Positions 1 through 10,388 of a stretch of DNA of 64,000 nucleotides are shown piece after piece. The position numbers and the translations under genes were made by a program. The stretch lies in the NCBI RefSeq assembly GCF_041886205.1, contig NZ_CP169029.1; one strand, 5' to 3'. Below the pieces are notes generated by a model, which worked only from the letters and a program-made list of their open reading frames with translations, had not been told where the DNA came from and made no database searches. Within the stretch, counting starts at the first letter, position 1. Every line of letters begins with the position of its first letter. The stretch is from Escherichia coli. Its GTDB lineage: Bacteria; Pseudomonadota; Gammaproteobacteria; Enterobacterales; Enterobacteriaceae.

Positions 1-164
<164 letters not shown>

Positions 165-196
165 TTAGCGGGGGAAGCAAAATGCCTCCCCCGGTT

Positions 197-214
197 GTAC
201 TCGCTAAAGAGTAC
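197..214. promoter_or_regulatory. TrpR operator-like near-palindrome GTACTCGCTAAAGAGTAC in trpR promoter region
   Basis: 18-bp near-palindrome resembling trp operator consensus GTACTAGTTAACTAGTAC, about 50 bp upstream of the trpR start. Confidence 0.55.
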
Positions 215-238
215 GATAGCATATCATAAACGTGCGGA

Positions 239-2176
239 TCAGTAACGACGTCCCCATTCCGTGGCGCTCATCAACGTCGGTTTATCCCCCATGAAATAGC
301 GGTAGTAAGCGTCATAAGCCAGCACGTTCTTCACATAACCGCGCGTCTCGGAGAACGGAATACTCTCGACAAATGCCACAGCGTCGATACGCCCGGCGCT
401 GTTGCCAAGCCAGGTTCGCACCCGTCCAGGTCCGGCGTTATAAGCTGCTGAGGAGAAAATACGGTTATTGCCAAACTGCTGATAAACATATTGCAGGTAA
501 CTGGTGCCAATGTTGATATTCGTTTCCGGATCCAGCAATTGCCCAGGGCTGCTATAACCAGGAATAGAGAACATCTTCACCGTATGGGTCGCTGTACCAG
601 GCATAATCTGCATCAGGCCGCTGGCCCCTACCGGTGATTTCACTTTCGGATTCCAGGCGCTCTCCTGACGGGCAATCGCCATCACATAGCTTTGCGGGAT
701 CTCTTTCCCACTGGTGTAACGTTTGAAAAGATCGTTGTAAGCCAGCGGGAATCGCTCTTCCAGATGATCCCAAAGCTTCCCGGCGATCGTTGCCTGAACG
801 CTAAGATCCCACCATTGGTTATTGAAAGCATACCGAGCCAGTTGAGCCTGCTCTGTTTTTGACTTGCTCTTCACCAGATTGGCCCACTCGCTACGCGCGG
901 TGTTATCAAGATTCCAGTACATCAACTCGCGCACGCGCGCCATCTCCGGCCCCTGAGTCAGGGCGCTGTCAACATTCTGCGGCGCTTTATCAATCTTCAG
1001 CTCATACTCTTCTCCGATGCGTTGTGCTGCAACCATCGGGTAGAAACCACGCTGTTGCATGAGTTGATGCAAAATCTCTTTCGCTTCAGCTTCACGTCCG
1101 CGTTCCAGCAATAAATCCGCCTGCCAGTAACGCCATTCATCTTTCTCTTTTGCTTCCATCGGCAGACGCGCCAGCCAGGTATTCAGGCCGCGACGATCGC
1201 CGGTGCCAAGTGCCATTCGCACACGGCGTTCAATCAACGACGTGGATTGCGAGCGCATAATGGCGTCATCGCGCCATTTCGCCTGCTCGTCGGTGACATC
1301 GTTGCCCATCAAACGCCAGGCGACGATATCGCGCAGCTCCTGAATATGATCTTCATTAAGCTGCTGCGCCTGGGCAAGCGACGGGATCATCAGCCGTGCA
1401 TTTTCAGCATCCTGCCGCGCCACACTGGCAAACGCCACCGCCGCCATTTGACGGGTAAAATCGGTCGCTCCGGTTGTACGCGCGAAGGTCAGTACCGTAT
1501 TAGGGTTGTTCGCCAGTGAAATGATTGCCGAGGCGATAGTCTGGTAATCGGCAGGCATCTGCCCTGCCAGCACTGTTACCAGGCCAGTGTTACCCGCTTT
1601 CATCGCCAGACGGATACGCTCTAAATAAGCCAGCGGATCTTGTTTACCTGACGCACGCCAGACGCTAAATAACTTGTCACAGGCGTTAGGCTGGCTCTTG
1701 CCGGTTAGCCACAGCTCTTTCGCCCCTTGCCAGGCTTCTTCACTCTGCCCGGTGTTCCATTTCGCATAGTAGTAATTACATTGCGCTTCGGTAGTTCCGG
1801 GCTTTTCCGGGCTAAAGGCTAACAAGCCACGCCAGTCTTCACGCCGCGCCAGTTCATTGACGAAACGAGATTGCAGCGTGCGAGCGGGAGGAAGCGTGGG
1901 GTTAGCGCGAACAAAGTTAGTGACCGTCACCGCCGGTTGATTCATCAGATCATCGGTGATCTGGCGGTATTCCAGGTAGGGATAAAGCGGATAATCCTTC
2001 AGTCCAGGCATCATTTGTTCGACCACATCCATTTGTCGATTATCCCAGGCCTGCTTGATTTGCGCGTAACGGCTACGCTGCTCATCCAGTGAGTCGGCTC
2101 GCGCCACGCTGCTGACCGTCAGCAGACAGACACCGGCAGCCAACAGCCGCCAGGTAACTTGTTTGGCTTTTTCCAC
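239..2176 (-). CDS. slt: soluble lytic murein transglycosylase Slt70
   Basis: ORF 239..2206 translation matches Slt (signal peptide KQVTWRLLAAGVCLLTVSSVARA, C-terminal lysozyme-like domain); start trimmed to the conserved GTG at 2176. Confidence 0.9.
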   Translation of the reverse strand: MEKAKQVTWRLLAAGVCLLTVSSVARADSLDEQRSRYAQIKQAWDNRQMDVVEQMMPGLKDYPLYPYLEYRQITDDLMNQPAVTVTNFVRANPTLPPARTLQSRFVNELARREDWRGLLAFSPEKPGTTEAQCNYYYAKWNTGQSEEAWQGAKELWLTGKSQPNACDKLFSVWRASGKQDPLAYLERIRLAMKAGNTGLVTVLAGQMPADYQTIASAIISLANNPNTVLTFARTTGATDFTRQMAAVAFASVARQDAENARLMIPSLAQAQQLNEDHIQELRDIVAWRLMGNDVTDEQAKWRDDAIMRSQSTSLIERRVRMALGTGDRRGLNTWLARLPMEAKEKDEWRYWQADLLLERGREAEAKEILHQLMQQRGFYPMVAAQRIGEEYELKIDKAPQNVDSALTQGPEMARVRELMYWNLDNTARSEWANLVKSKSKTEQAQLARYAFNNQWWDLSVQATIAGKLWDHLEERFPLAYNDLFKRYTSGKEIPQSYVMAIARQESAWNPKVKSPVGASGLMQIMPGTATHTVKMFSIPGYSSPGQLLDPETNINIGTSYLQYVYQQFGNNRIFSSAAYNAGPGRVRTWLGNSAGRIDAVAFVESIPFSETRGYVKNVLAYDAYYRYFMGDKPTLMSATEWGRRY

Positions 2177-2304
2177 AAGCGCATCCTCTAAGTGTAAATA
2201 CATCAATGCAGCGTCATGCCGCGTAATAGATTTATGCTAACCAGTCATTGCCGTTTACGCCACGTTACGGACACTTTTTTACTTTTATACTCTAAATAAT
2301 TCGA

Positions 2305-2430
2305 GTTGCAGGAAGGCGATAAGTGAGTGAGTCCCCAGGAGCTTACAGAAGTAAGTGACTGGGGTGAGCGAGCGTAAGCGCAGCACATGCAACTTGAAGT
2401 ATGACGAGTATACTGCGAGGGTGATCGACC
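2305..2430. repeat. ERIC/IRU enterobacterial repetitive intergenic element
   Basis: Contains the ERIC core CCCCAGGAGCTTACAGAAGTAAGTGACTGGGGTGAGCGAGCG with its internal inverted repeat; sits in the slt-ettA intergenic region. Confidence 0.6.
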
Positions 2431-2511
2431 GGCTGGGATTAGATAAGGAAACAGGCTACACTTCGCCTTTGAAAACTCATCATCACGATAAACATAGAGG
2501 CGAAGTCCAAC

Positions 2512-4179
2512 GTGGCTCAATTCGTTTATACCATGCATCGTGTCGGCAAAGTTGTTCCGCCGAAACGTCATATTTTGAAAAACATCTCTCTGAGTTTCTT
2601 CCCTGGGGCAAAAATTGGTGTCCTGGGTCTGAACGGCGCGGGTAAGTCTACCCTGCTGCGCATTATGGCGGGCATTGATAAAGACATCGAAGGTGAAGCA
2701 CGTCCGCAGCCAGACATCAAGATTGGTTATCTGCCGCAGGAACCGCAGCTGAACCCGGAACACACCGTGCGTGAGTCCATTGAAGAAGCGGTTTCTGAAG
2801 TGGTTAACGCCCTGAAACGCCTGGATGAAGTGTATGCGCTGTACGCCGATCCGGATGCCGATTTTGACAAGCTGGCCGCTGAACAAGGCCGTCTGGAAGA
2901 GATCATTCAGGCTCACGACGGTCATAACCTGAACGTACAGCTGGAGCGTGCGGCGGATGCGCTGCGTCTGCCAGATTGGGACGCGAAAATCGCTAACCTC
3001 TCCGGTGGTGAGCGTCGTCGCGTGGCGTTGTGCCGCCTGCTGCTGGAAAAACCAGACATGCTGCTGCTCGACGAACCGACCAACCACCTGGATGCCGAAT
3101 CCGTGGCGTGGCTGGAACGCTTCCTGCACGACTTCGAAGGCACCGTGGTGGCGATTACTCACGACCGTTACTTCCTCGATAACGTTGCAGGCTGGATCCT
3201 CGAACTGGACCGCGGTGAAGGTATTCCGTGGGAAGGTAACTACTCCTCCTGGCTGGAGCAGAAAGATCAGCGTCTGGCGCAGGAAGCTTCACAAGAAGCG
3301 GCGCGTCGTAAGTCGATCGAGAAAGAGCTGGAGTGGGTACGTCAGGGAACTAAAGGCCGCCAGTCGAAAGGTAAAGCACGTCTGGCACGCTTTGAAGAGC
3401 TGAACAGCACCGAATATCAGAAACGTAACGAAACCAACGAACTGTTTATTCCACCTGGACCGCGTCTGGGCGATAAAGTGCTGGAAGTCAGCAACCTGCG
3501 TAAATCCTACGGTGATCGCCTGCTGATTGATGACCTGAGCTTCTCGATCCCGAAAGGGGCAATCGTCGGGATCATCGGTCCGAACGGCGCGGGTAAATCG
3601 ACCCTGTTCCGTATGATCTCTGGTCAGGAACAGCCGGACAGCGGCACCATCACTTTAGGTGAAACGGTGAAACTGGCATCGGTTGATCAGTTCCGTGACT
3701 CAATGGATAACAGCAAAACCGTTTGGGAAGAAGTTTCCGGCGGGCTGGATATTATGAAGATCGGCAACACCGAGATGCCAAGCCGCGCCTACGTTGGCCG
3801 CTTTAACTTTAAAGGGGTTGATCAGGGTAAACGCGTTGGTGAACTTTCCGGTGGTGAGCGCGGTCGTCTGCATCTGGCGAAGCTGCTGCAGGTTGGCGGC
3901 AACATGCTGCTGCTCGACGAACCAACCAACGACCTGGATATCGAAACCCTGCGCGCGCTGGAAAACGCCCTGCTGGAGTTCCCGGGCTGCGCGATGGTTA
4001 TCTCGCACGACCGTTGGTTCCTCGACCGTATCGCCACGCACATTCTGGACTACCAGGATGAAGGTAAAGTTGAGTTCTTCGAAGGTAACTTTACCGAGTA
4101 CGAAGAGTACAAAAAACGCACGCTGGGCGCAGACGCGCTGGAGCCGAAGCGTATCAAGTACAAGCGTATTGCGAAGTAA
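2512..4179 (+). CDS. ettA: energy-dependent translational throttle ABC-F ATPase EttA (YjjK)
   Basis: 555 aa with two ABC cassettes (Walker A GLNGAGKST and GPNGAGKST, signature LSGGERRR and LSGGERGR); GTG start. Confidence 0.93.
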   Translation: MAQFVYTMHRVGKVVPPKRHILKNISLSFFPGAKIGVLGLNGAGKSTLLRIMAGIDKDIEGEARPQPDIKIGYLPQEPQLNPEHTVRESIEEAVSEVVNALKRLDEVYALYADPDADFDKLAAEQGRLEEIIQAHDGHNLNVQLERAADALRLPDWDAKIANLSGGERRRVALCRLLLEKPDMLLLDEPTNHLDAESVAWLERFLHDFEGTVVAITHDRYFLDNVAGWILELDRGEGIPWEGNYSSWLEQKDQRLAQEASQEAARRKSIEKELEWVRQGTKGRQSKGKARLARFEELNSTEYQKRNETNELFIPPGPRLGDKVLEVSNLRKSYGDRLLIDDLSFSIPKGAIVGIIGPNGAGKSTLFRMISGQEQPDSGTITLGETVKLASVDQFRDSMDNSKTVWEEVSGGLDIMKIGNTEMPSRAYVGRFNFKGVDQGKRVGELSGGERGRLHLAKLLQVGGNMLLLDEPTNDLDIETLRALENALLEFPGCAMVISHDRWFLDRIATHILDYQDEGKVEFFEGNFTEYEEYKKRTLGADALEPKRIKYKRIAK

Positions 4180-4188
4180 TGCGTAAAA

Positions 4189-4342
4189 TGCCGGATGCGG
4201 CGCGAACGCCTTATCCGGCCTACAAAACCAGCAATTTCAATACGTTGTAAAACTGTAGGCCTGATAAGACGCGGTAAGCGTCGCATCAGGCATTGAGCAC
4301 CGAATGCCGGATACGGCGTGAACGCCTTTTCCGGCCTACAAC
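4189..4342. repeat. REP/BIME cluster (about three REP units in alternating orientation)
   Basis: Repeated GCCGGATGCGGCG..ACGCCTTATCCGGCCTACAA units and their inverse in the convergent ettA/nadR intergenic region. Confidence 0.65.
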
Positions 4343-4486
4343 AGCCTTAGTATCCGCAATTTCGTAGCGGGTCACCCGTGCTGATTCTTTTAAACCTTGT
4401 TTAATCTCGACAGCCTCTTCCAGAGAGGTTTTCAACTCATCAAAAAAACTCATTTTATACCTCGCCTTTGAGCAGTTTCGTCACGG

Positions 4487-5719
4487 TTACCTCTGCTCCC
4501 CCATCATCTCCCGCACCAGCTCCACGCAGCGCAGGAAACGGCTGTCATAATCGTCCTCTTCAACCCGCACGAATTCGATATTGTTCTCTTCCAGCATCTC
4601 CACCAGCAAGTTCTGGAACTCTTTGCGATCCACCGAACTGCCGAGACTGCGTAAACCATCCGCCACCCACGGCGTGTTGTTCTCCAGCAGGATCACCAGA
4701 TCGAAACGGTATTCATCAATCAGCGCCTGCACGAACGGATGCTCACGCCCTTCGTACTTTTTGCAGAACGCCTGGGTAGTGACAAAATCAGTGTCAATAA
4801 ACGCCACTTTATTGGCGTATTTCACTGCAAAATCAATGTATTGTGCGTGGCCCAGCGCGATTTTATCGTAATCGGAATACTGCAATGCGATCTCATCACC
4901 GCCGAGGTGTGAAAAGACATAATCGCGACCATATTCCCACGCACTGGTGGTATTGAAGATATTGGCAAGTTTGTTTACCAGGGTGGATTTACCGCTCGAC
5001 TCGCCGCCAAGGATCGCCACGGTACGCACAAAGAAAGGCTTCACTTCCGTAGGAATATATTCCCAGTAGCGGAACGGGTTTTCGCGGATCTGCGCACCGC
5101 TGATACTCATAAAGGTACGCTTCGGATCGACCAGCACCGTCTCGATCCCCAGATGTTCCATATACTGTGACGCATCGGCTTCTTCCGAGGTGTAGATCAG
5201 ATCCGGCAGGATCCCCTTTTCAGCCATAAACTTTTTGATGCCGTTGCTCCACACATCCCAGCCGTGTGGATACGGCTCCATGCCCTCTTCGTTGAAGGCA
5301 TGAATGCGAATATTTTTCTGATATTTAAAGGTTTGTAATAACCAGCGCAAACGATCCGGCACCGTGGGCTGCTGCGACATGGCACTGTCTTCGAACAACG
5401 CGCGGTCACGGGTATCGTCAAAACCCATAATGATATGCAGCTCGTCAACCTGACTACAGGCGCGCTGGATAAGGTAGATATGTCCGGTATGCAGCGGGTA
5501 AAACTTACCGAATACGATGCCGATCGTTTTCTTCTGCCGGGGAAATTCAAGCCCCAAAAAACGGTGCAATGCCTCCAGCTTTTGTGCGCTGGGGCTTTTA
5601 ATTTTGGCGTTCAGTAACTGGCTTAAATACCCTTTGGTCATACCGCTGGCATCAGCTACCTGCTGTAGCGTGCAGCCCTGTTGCTTGATGGCAGTTTTCA
5701 GGTAATCAAATGACGACAT
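4487..5719 (-). CDS. nadR: NadR: NAD repressor / NMN adenylyltransferase / ribosylnicotinamide kinase
   Basis: Translation MSSFDYLKTAIKQQGCTLQQVADASGMTKGYLSQLLN (HTH) plus nucleotidyltransferase HTGH and P-loop GGESSGKST; start trimmed to conserved ATG at 5719. Confidence 0.92.
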   Translation of the reverse strand: MSSFDYLKTAIKQQGCTLQQVADASGMTKGYLSQLLNAKIKSPSAQKLEALHRFLGLEFPRQKKTIGIVFGKFYPLHTGHIYLIQRACSQVDELHIIMGFDDTRDRALFEDSAMSQQPTVPDRLRWLLQTFKYQKNIRIHAFNEEGMEPYPHGWDVWSNGIKKFMAEKGILPDLIYTSEEADASQYMEHLGIETVLVDPKRTFMSISGAQIRENPFRYWEYIPTEVKPFFVRTVAILGGESSGKSTLVNKLANIFNTTSAWEYGRDYVFSHLGGDEIALQYSDYDKIALGHAQYIDFAVKYANKVAFIDTDFVTTQAFCKKYEGREHPFVQALIDEYRFDLVILLENNTPWVADGLRSLGSSVDRKEFQNLLVEMLEENNIEFVRVEEDDYDSRFLRCVELVREMMGEQR

Positions 5720-5739
5720 ATCTCCCTCCGTATCTCTCA

Positions 5740-7122
5740 TTATAAGTCGTCGAACACGCTAAGCGCGTCGGAGAGTTTTTTAACGCCAAAAATCTGCATC
5801 CCTTCCGGCGCTTTTTTCGGCACATTAGCCGCCGGAACAATCGCCCGGCGAAAACCGTGTTTCGCCGCTTCAGAGATTCGTTCCTGACCGCTGGGCACCG
5901 GGCGGATCTCCCCTGCCAGCCCGACTTCACCAAACACCACCAGATCCTGCGGCAGCGGTCTGTCGCGCAGGCTGGAAACCATCGCCAGCAGTAACGCTAA
6001 GTCGGCACTGGTTTCGGTTACCTTCACGCCGCCGACCACGTTCACAAACACATCCTGATCGGCCATTTGCAGACCACCGTGACGGTGCAACACAGCCAGC
6101 AGGATTGCCAGACGGTTTTGTTCCAGCCCCACTGCCACGCGGCGTGGGTTCGCCATCATCGAGTGATCGACCAGCGCCTGAATCTCCACCAGCAGTGGAC
6201 GCGTTCCTTCCCATACCACCATCACTGAGCTACCGGAGGTCACTTCATCGCCGCGACTTAAGAAAATTGCCGAAGGGTTGCTGACTTCACGCAGCCCCTG
6301 TTCGGTCATCGCGAATACGCCCAGCTCATTCACCGCGCCGAAGCGGTTTTTATGGCTGCGTAAAGTGCGAAAACGGGAGTCGGCATCACCATCCAAAAGC
6401 ACCGAACAGTCGATACAGTGTTCCAGCACTTTAGGGCCAGCCAGTGAGCCATCTTTGGTTACGTGCCCAACCATGACAATCGCCACACCGCGCGTTTTGG
6501 CGAAGCGCGTCAGATAAGCCGCTGTTTCACGCACCTGCGCCACGCTGCCTGGCGATGATTGTACATCCGCCATATGCATCACCTGGATCGAGTCAATTAC
6601 CATCAGCTTCGGTTGCTCTTCTTCGGCAATCAGGCAGATCTGTTCGATGCTGGTTTCCGACAACATATTGAGATTGTCAGTCGGCAGGCCAAGGCGATGA
6701 GCGCGCATTGCCACCTGTTGCAGCGACTCTTCGCCAGTGACATACAGCGTTTTCATCTGCTGGGCCAGTTTGCACAGCGTTTGCAGCAACAGCGTGGATT
6801 TCCCGGCACCTGGGTTACCGCCAATCAGAATGGCGCTTCCCGGCACCACACCGCCGCCTAGTACGCGGTCGAACTCTTTAAATCCGGTGGAAAAACGCGG
6901 CAGCTCTTCAAGGCTGATATCGGAAAGTTTCTGGACTTTTGCCACCCCTGCGCTACCGGCATAGCCACTGAGACGCTCGTTACGCGCCACCGTTGGCGAC
7001 GCTGCAAGACGCACCTCGGTGATGGTGTTCCAGGCATGACAGGCGCTGCACTGCCCCTGCCAGCGCGGATAATCGGCCCCGCATTCATTACAAACAAAGG
7101 CGCGTTTTGGAGCTTTTGCCAC
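5740..7122 (-). CDS. radA: DNA repair protein RadA (Sms)
   Basis: C4 zinc finger CNECGADYPRWQGQCSACHAWN, RecA-like Walker A GNPGAGKST and Lon-like C-terminus; start trimmed to GTG at 7122. Confidence 0.92.
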   Translation of the reverse strand: MAKAPKRAFVCNECGADYPRWQGQCSACHAWNTITEVRLAASPTVARNERLSGYAGSAGVAKVQKLSDISLEELPRFSTGFKEFDRVLGGGVVPGSAILIGGNPGAGKSTLLLQTLCKLAQQMKTLYVTGEESLQQVAMRAHRLGLPTDNLNMLSETSIEQICLIAEEEQPKLMVIDSIQVMHMADVQSSPGSVAQVRETAAYLTRFAKTRGVAIVMVGHVTKDGSLAGPKVLEHCIDCSVLLDGDADSRFRTLRSHKNRFGAVNELGVFAMTEQGLREVSNPSAIFLSRGDEVTSGSSVMVVWEGTRPLLVEIQALVDHSMMANPRRVAVGLEQNRLAILLAVLHRHGGLQMADQDVFVNVVGGVKVTETSADLALLLAMVSSLRDRPLPQDLVVFGEVGLAGEIRPVPSGQERISEAAKHGFRRAIVPAANVPKKAPEGMQIFGVKKLSDALSVFDDL

Positions 7123-7170
7123 GGTGTACCTCGTTAATGCTATGCCGCCCGCAGGATGACGGGCGAGCAA

Positions 7171-8139
7171 TTACTTCTGATTCAGGCTGCCAGAGAGGAT
7201 GCAGAATACCCCCATCAGGTCAGCGTGACGGATGGTGACTTCCGTCTTTTCATTCACTTTTGGCTTGGCATGGTAGGCAATCCCCAGCCCTGCCGCTTTG
7301 ATCATCGGCAGGTCATTGGCTCCATCGCCAATCGCCACGGTCTGCGCCAGCGGGATTTCATACTCCTGCGCGAGGCGCGTCAGGGTTTTCGCTTTATATT
7401 GCGCGTCTACGATGTCGCCGATCACATTGCCGGTAAATTTACCGTCCATGATCTCCAGTTCATTGGCTACCACGGCGGTCAGGCGCAGCTTGTCGCGCAG
7501 GTATTCAGCAAAGAAAGTAAAGCCGCCGGAGGCAATCGCCACTTTCCAGCCCAGCGTTTCCAGCTTGAGCACCAGTTGCGTTAAGCCTGGCATCAGCGGC
7601 AGATTTTCACGCACCTGTTGCAGAATATTGGCGTCAGCGCCTTTCAGCGTCGCCACGCGGCTGCGCAGGCTGGCGGTAAAATCGAGTTCGCCGCGCATCG
7701 CCCGTTCGGTTACTTCCGCCACCATCTCGCCCGTTCCGGCCAGTTTGGCAATTTCATCAATACATTCAATCTGGATGGCGGTGGAGTCCATATCCATCAC
7801 CAGCAAACCCGGCGTGCGCAGATGCGGGATTTTCCCCAGCGGCGCGACATCCAGTTGCGCTTCATGGGCCAGGCGCGTAGCCCGCGCGGTGAGTGAACCT
7901 GCCAGACGAATCACCTGATAATCTTCCACGCACCAGGCGGCAACAATCACCATCGCCGCGCCCAGTTTGCTCTGGTATTGGGTCAGACGTTGTTTATCCA
8001 GCCCACGACCATACAGCAGCCAGCCGCTACGACCTGCGTGGTAATCCAGTGGCATCACTTCATCACCACTTAATGAAAGAGGCAGACCCGGCCATAAAGA
8101 GACATCTTCAGGCAGGTCGCACCAGGTAATGTTAGGCAT
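7171..8139 (-). CDS. serB: phosphoserine phosphatase SerB (HAD family)
   Basis: Translation MPNITWCDLPEDVSLWPGL... with HAD motif DMDST; start trimmed from the 368-aa ORF to conserved ATG at 8139. Confidence 0.92.
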   Translation of the reverse strand: MPNITWCDLPEDVSLWPGLPLSLSGDEVMPLDYHAGRSGWLLYGRGLDKQRLTQYQSKLGAAMVIVAAWCVEDYQVIRLAGSLTARATRLAHEAQLDVAPLGKIPHLRTPGLLVMDMDSTAIQIECIDEIAKLAGTGEMVAEVTERAMRGELDFTASLRSRVATLKGADANILQQVRENLPLMPGLTQLVLKLETLGWKVAIASGGFTFFAEYLRDKLRLTAVVANELEIMDGKFTGNVIGDIVDAQYKAKTLTRLAQEYEIPLAQTVAIGDGANDLPMIKAAGLGIAYHAKPKVNEKTEVTIRHADLMGVFCILSGSLNQK

Positions 8140-8244
8140 TAAGGCTCCTGTAAAATCGTTCGAAGCAGGGAAAATAACGCATGAGGCTACCTTGTATCCA
8201 TTGCTTCTGGCAACATTAAGTCTCAAATTTTCAAAGGGTGGAAG

Positions 8245-8889
8245 ATGGCTCGCACAAAACTGAAATTCCGGCTGCATCGGGCAGTGATTGTCCTGTTCTG
8301 TCTTGCCTTGTTAGTGGCGCTGATGCAGGGGGCGTCATGGTTTAGTCAAAACCACCAGCGACAGCGTAATCCACAGCTGGAAGAACTGGCCCGCACCCTG
8401 GCGCGTCAGGTGACGCTGAACGTTGCACCGCTGATGCGTACCGACTCACCGGATGAAAAACGCATTCAGGCGATCCTCGATCAGTTAACGGATGAAAGCC
8501 GTATCCTCGACGCGGGCGTGTATGACGAACAAGGCGATCTTATCGCCCGTTCTGGCGAAAGCGTCGAAGTGCGCGACCGGCTGGCGCTCGACGGTAAAAA
8601 AGCGGGCGGTTATTTTAACCAGCAGATTGTCGAGCCAATTGCGGGGAAAAACGGACCGCTCGGCTATCTACGCCTGACGCTCGACACTCACACGCTCGCC
8701 ACCGAAGCCCAACAGGTGGATAACACCACTAACATTTTACGCCTGATGTTGCTGCTCTCGCTTGCAATCGGCGTAGTGCTGACCCGCACGCTGCTACAGG
8801 GTAAACGTACCCGCTGGCAGCAATCGCCCTTCCTGTTAACCGCCAGCAAACCGGTGCCGGAAGAGGAAGAAAGCGAGAAAAAAGAGTGA
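8245..8889 (+). CDS. ytjB: membrane protein YtjB (Smp)
   Basis: 214-aa ORF with N-terminal TM segment, matches YtjB/Smp from memory; conserved position between serB and lplA. Confidence 0.85.
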   Translation: MARTKLKFRLHRAVIVLFCLALLVALMQGASWFSQNHQRQRNPQLEELARTLARQVTLNVAPLMRTDSPDEKRIQAILDQLTDESRILDAGVYDEQGDLIARSGESVEVRDRLALDGKKAGGYFNQQIVEPIAGKNGPLGYLRLTLDTHTLATEAQQVDNTTNILRLMLLLSLAIGVVLTRTLLQGKRTRWQQSPFLLTASKPVPEEEESEKKE

Positions 8890-8916
8890 CCCATTACTAC
8901 AAGAAAGGAAATCGTT

Positions 8917-9933
8917 ATGTCCACATTACGCCTGCTCATCTCTGACTCTTACGACCCGTGGTTTAACCTGGCGGTGGAGGAGTGTATTTTTCGCCAGATG
9001 CCCGCCACGCAGCGCGTTCTGTTTCTCTGGCGCAATGCCGACACGGTAGTGATTGGTCGCGCGCAGAACCCGTGGAAAGAGTGTAATACCCGGCGGATGG
9101 AAGAAGATAACGTCCGCATGGCGCGGCGCAGTAGCGGTGGCGGCGCGGTGTTCCACGATCTCGGCAATACCTGCTTTACCTTTATGGCTGGCAAGCCGGA
9201 GTACGATAAAACCATCTCCACGTCGATTGTGCTCAATGCGCTGAACGCGCTTGGCGTCAGCGCCGAAGCGTCCGGACGTAACGATCTGGTGGTGAAAACC
9301 GTCGAAGGCGACCGCAAAGTCTCAGGCTCGGCCTATCGCGAAACCAAAGATCGTGGCTTCCACCACGGCACTTTGCTGCTCAATGCCGACCTTAGCCGCC
9401 TGGCAAACTATCTCAATCCGGATAAAAAGAAACTGGCGGCGAAAGGCATTACGTCGGTACGTTCCCGCGTGACCAACCTCACCGAGCTGTTGCCGGGGAT
9501 CACCCATGAGCAGGTTTGCGAGGCCATAACCGAGGCCTTTTTCGCTCATTATGGCGAGCGTGTAGAAGCGGAAATCATCTCCCCGGACAAAACGCCAGAC
9601 TTGCCGAACTTCGCCGAAACCTTTGCCCGCCAGAGTAGCTGGGAATGGAACTTCGGTCAGGCTCCGGCATTCTCGCATCTGCTGGATGAACGCTTTACCT
9701 GGGGCGGCGTGGAACTGCATTTCGACGTTGAAAAAGGCCATATCACCCGCGCCCAGGTGTTTACCGATAGCCTCAACCCCGCGCCGCTGGAAGCCCTCGC
9801 CGGACGACTGCAAGGCTGCCTGTACCGCGCAGATATGCTGCAACAAGAGTGCGAAGCGCTGTTGGTTGACTTCCCGGAACAGGAAAAAGAGCTACGGGAG
9901 TTGTCGACGTGGATAGCGGGGGCGGTGCGGTAA
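8917..9933 (+). CDS. lplA: lipoate-protein ligase A
   Basis: 338-aa [28 protein letters not shown]... matching LplA. Confidence 0.93.
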   Translation: MSTLRLLISDSYDPWFNLAVEECIFRQMPATQRVLFLWRNADTVVIGRAQNPWKECNTRRMEEDNVRMARRSSGGGAVFHDLGNTCFTFMAGKPEYDKTISTSIVLNALNALGVSAEASGRNDLVVKTVEGDRKVSGSAYRETKDRGFHHGTLLLNADLSRLANYLNPDKKKLAAKGITSVRSRVTNLTELLPGITHEQVCEAITEAFFAHYGERVEAEIISPDKTPDLPNFAETFARQSSWEWNFGQAPAFSHLLDERFTWGGVELHFDVEKGHITRAQVFTDSLNPAPLEALAGRLQGCLYRADMLQQECEALLVDFPEQEKELRELSTWIAGAVR

Positions 9934-9964
9934 CTCGCTGATTAAAATATCCAAGGAAGGAAAT

Positions 9965-10228
9965 ATGATCGATCTGGAGAACCAGGAACGGGAGATTATC
10001 AATTTAATGTTCAGCCAGGGTATATCCTGGCTAGCCGCCGTGCGTATCAGGCATAAATTATCGCTTGCTGAAGTAAGTAAAATGTTAGGTATCTCGATTA
10101 ATTCTCTAAAACAGATCGAAAAGACGGAACGGCTTAGCTCAAACATCAAAAGCAAAATGGCAGAAATTTATGGTTGTCCATCAGAGTTGCTGATATGCCC
10201 TTCCTGGATGACGGCTGAACATAAATGA
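9965..10228 (+). CDS. short XRE-type HTH protein; probable N-terminal remnant of the HipA-like kinase gene yjjJ
   Basis: 87-aa ORF with HTH signature LSLAEVSKMLGISINSLKQIE; the lplA-deoD gap is only about 450 bp, too short for a full-length yjjJ (K-12 YjjJ is about 440 aa, from memory). Confidence 0.45.
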   Translation: MIDLENQEREIINLMFSQGISWLAAVRIRHKLSLAEVSKMLGISINSLKQIEKTERLSSNIKSKMAEIYGCPSELLICPSWMTAEHK

Positions 10229-10326
10229 ATAGATTCGTGAATAGATACTTGAATGGATTTTATTTTCTATCCATATGAAAAATAATAGTAAATCTATAAA
10301 TCAGTTGCTATTGATGAATAGATACT

Positions 10327-10356
10327 AAAAAGCCGGAGCAGTCTCCCACTCCGGCT
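10327..10356 (-). terminator. rho-independent terminator downstream of deoD (deo operon end)
   Basis: Hairpin AGCCGGAG-loop-CTCCGGCT followed by a T-run on the minus strand, immediately 3' of deoD. Confidence 0.6.
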
Positions 10357-10388
10357 TCACACGACAATCGCCTTTCAGCGAAACACAA

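Noticed and set aside
2922-4186. Several ORFs (73-151 aa) on both strands overlapping ettA (2922..3143 -, 2948..3403 +, 3700..4041 -, 3794..4186 +, 3822..4043 -)
   Set aside because: They lie wholly inside the well-supported ettA reading frame in alternative frames; Arg/Ser/Cys-rich translations typical of shadow ORFs in GC-rich coding DNA.
7171-8277. 5'-extended ORF-track models (e.g. serB 368 aa, nadR 417 aa, radA 476 aa, prfC 538 aa, osmY 227 aa, yjiA 346 aa)
   Set aside because: The extensions have no counterpart in the conserved protein sequences and run into upstream genes or promoters; conserved internal start codons were used instead.
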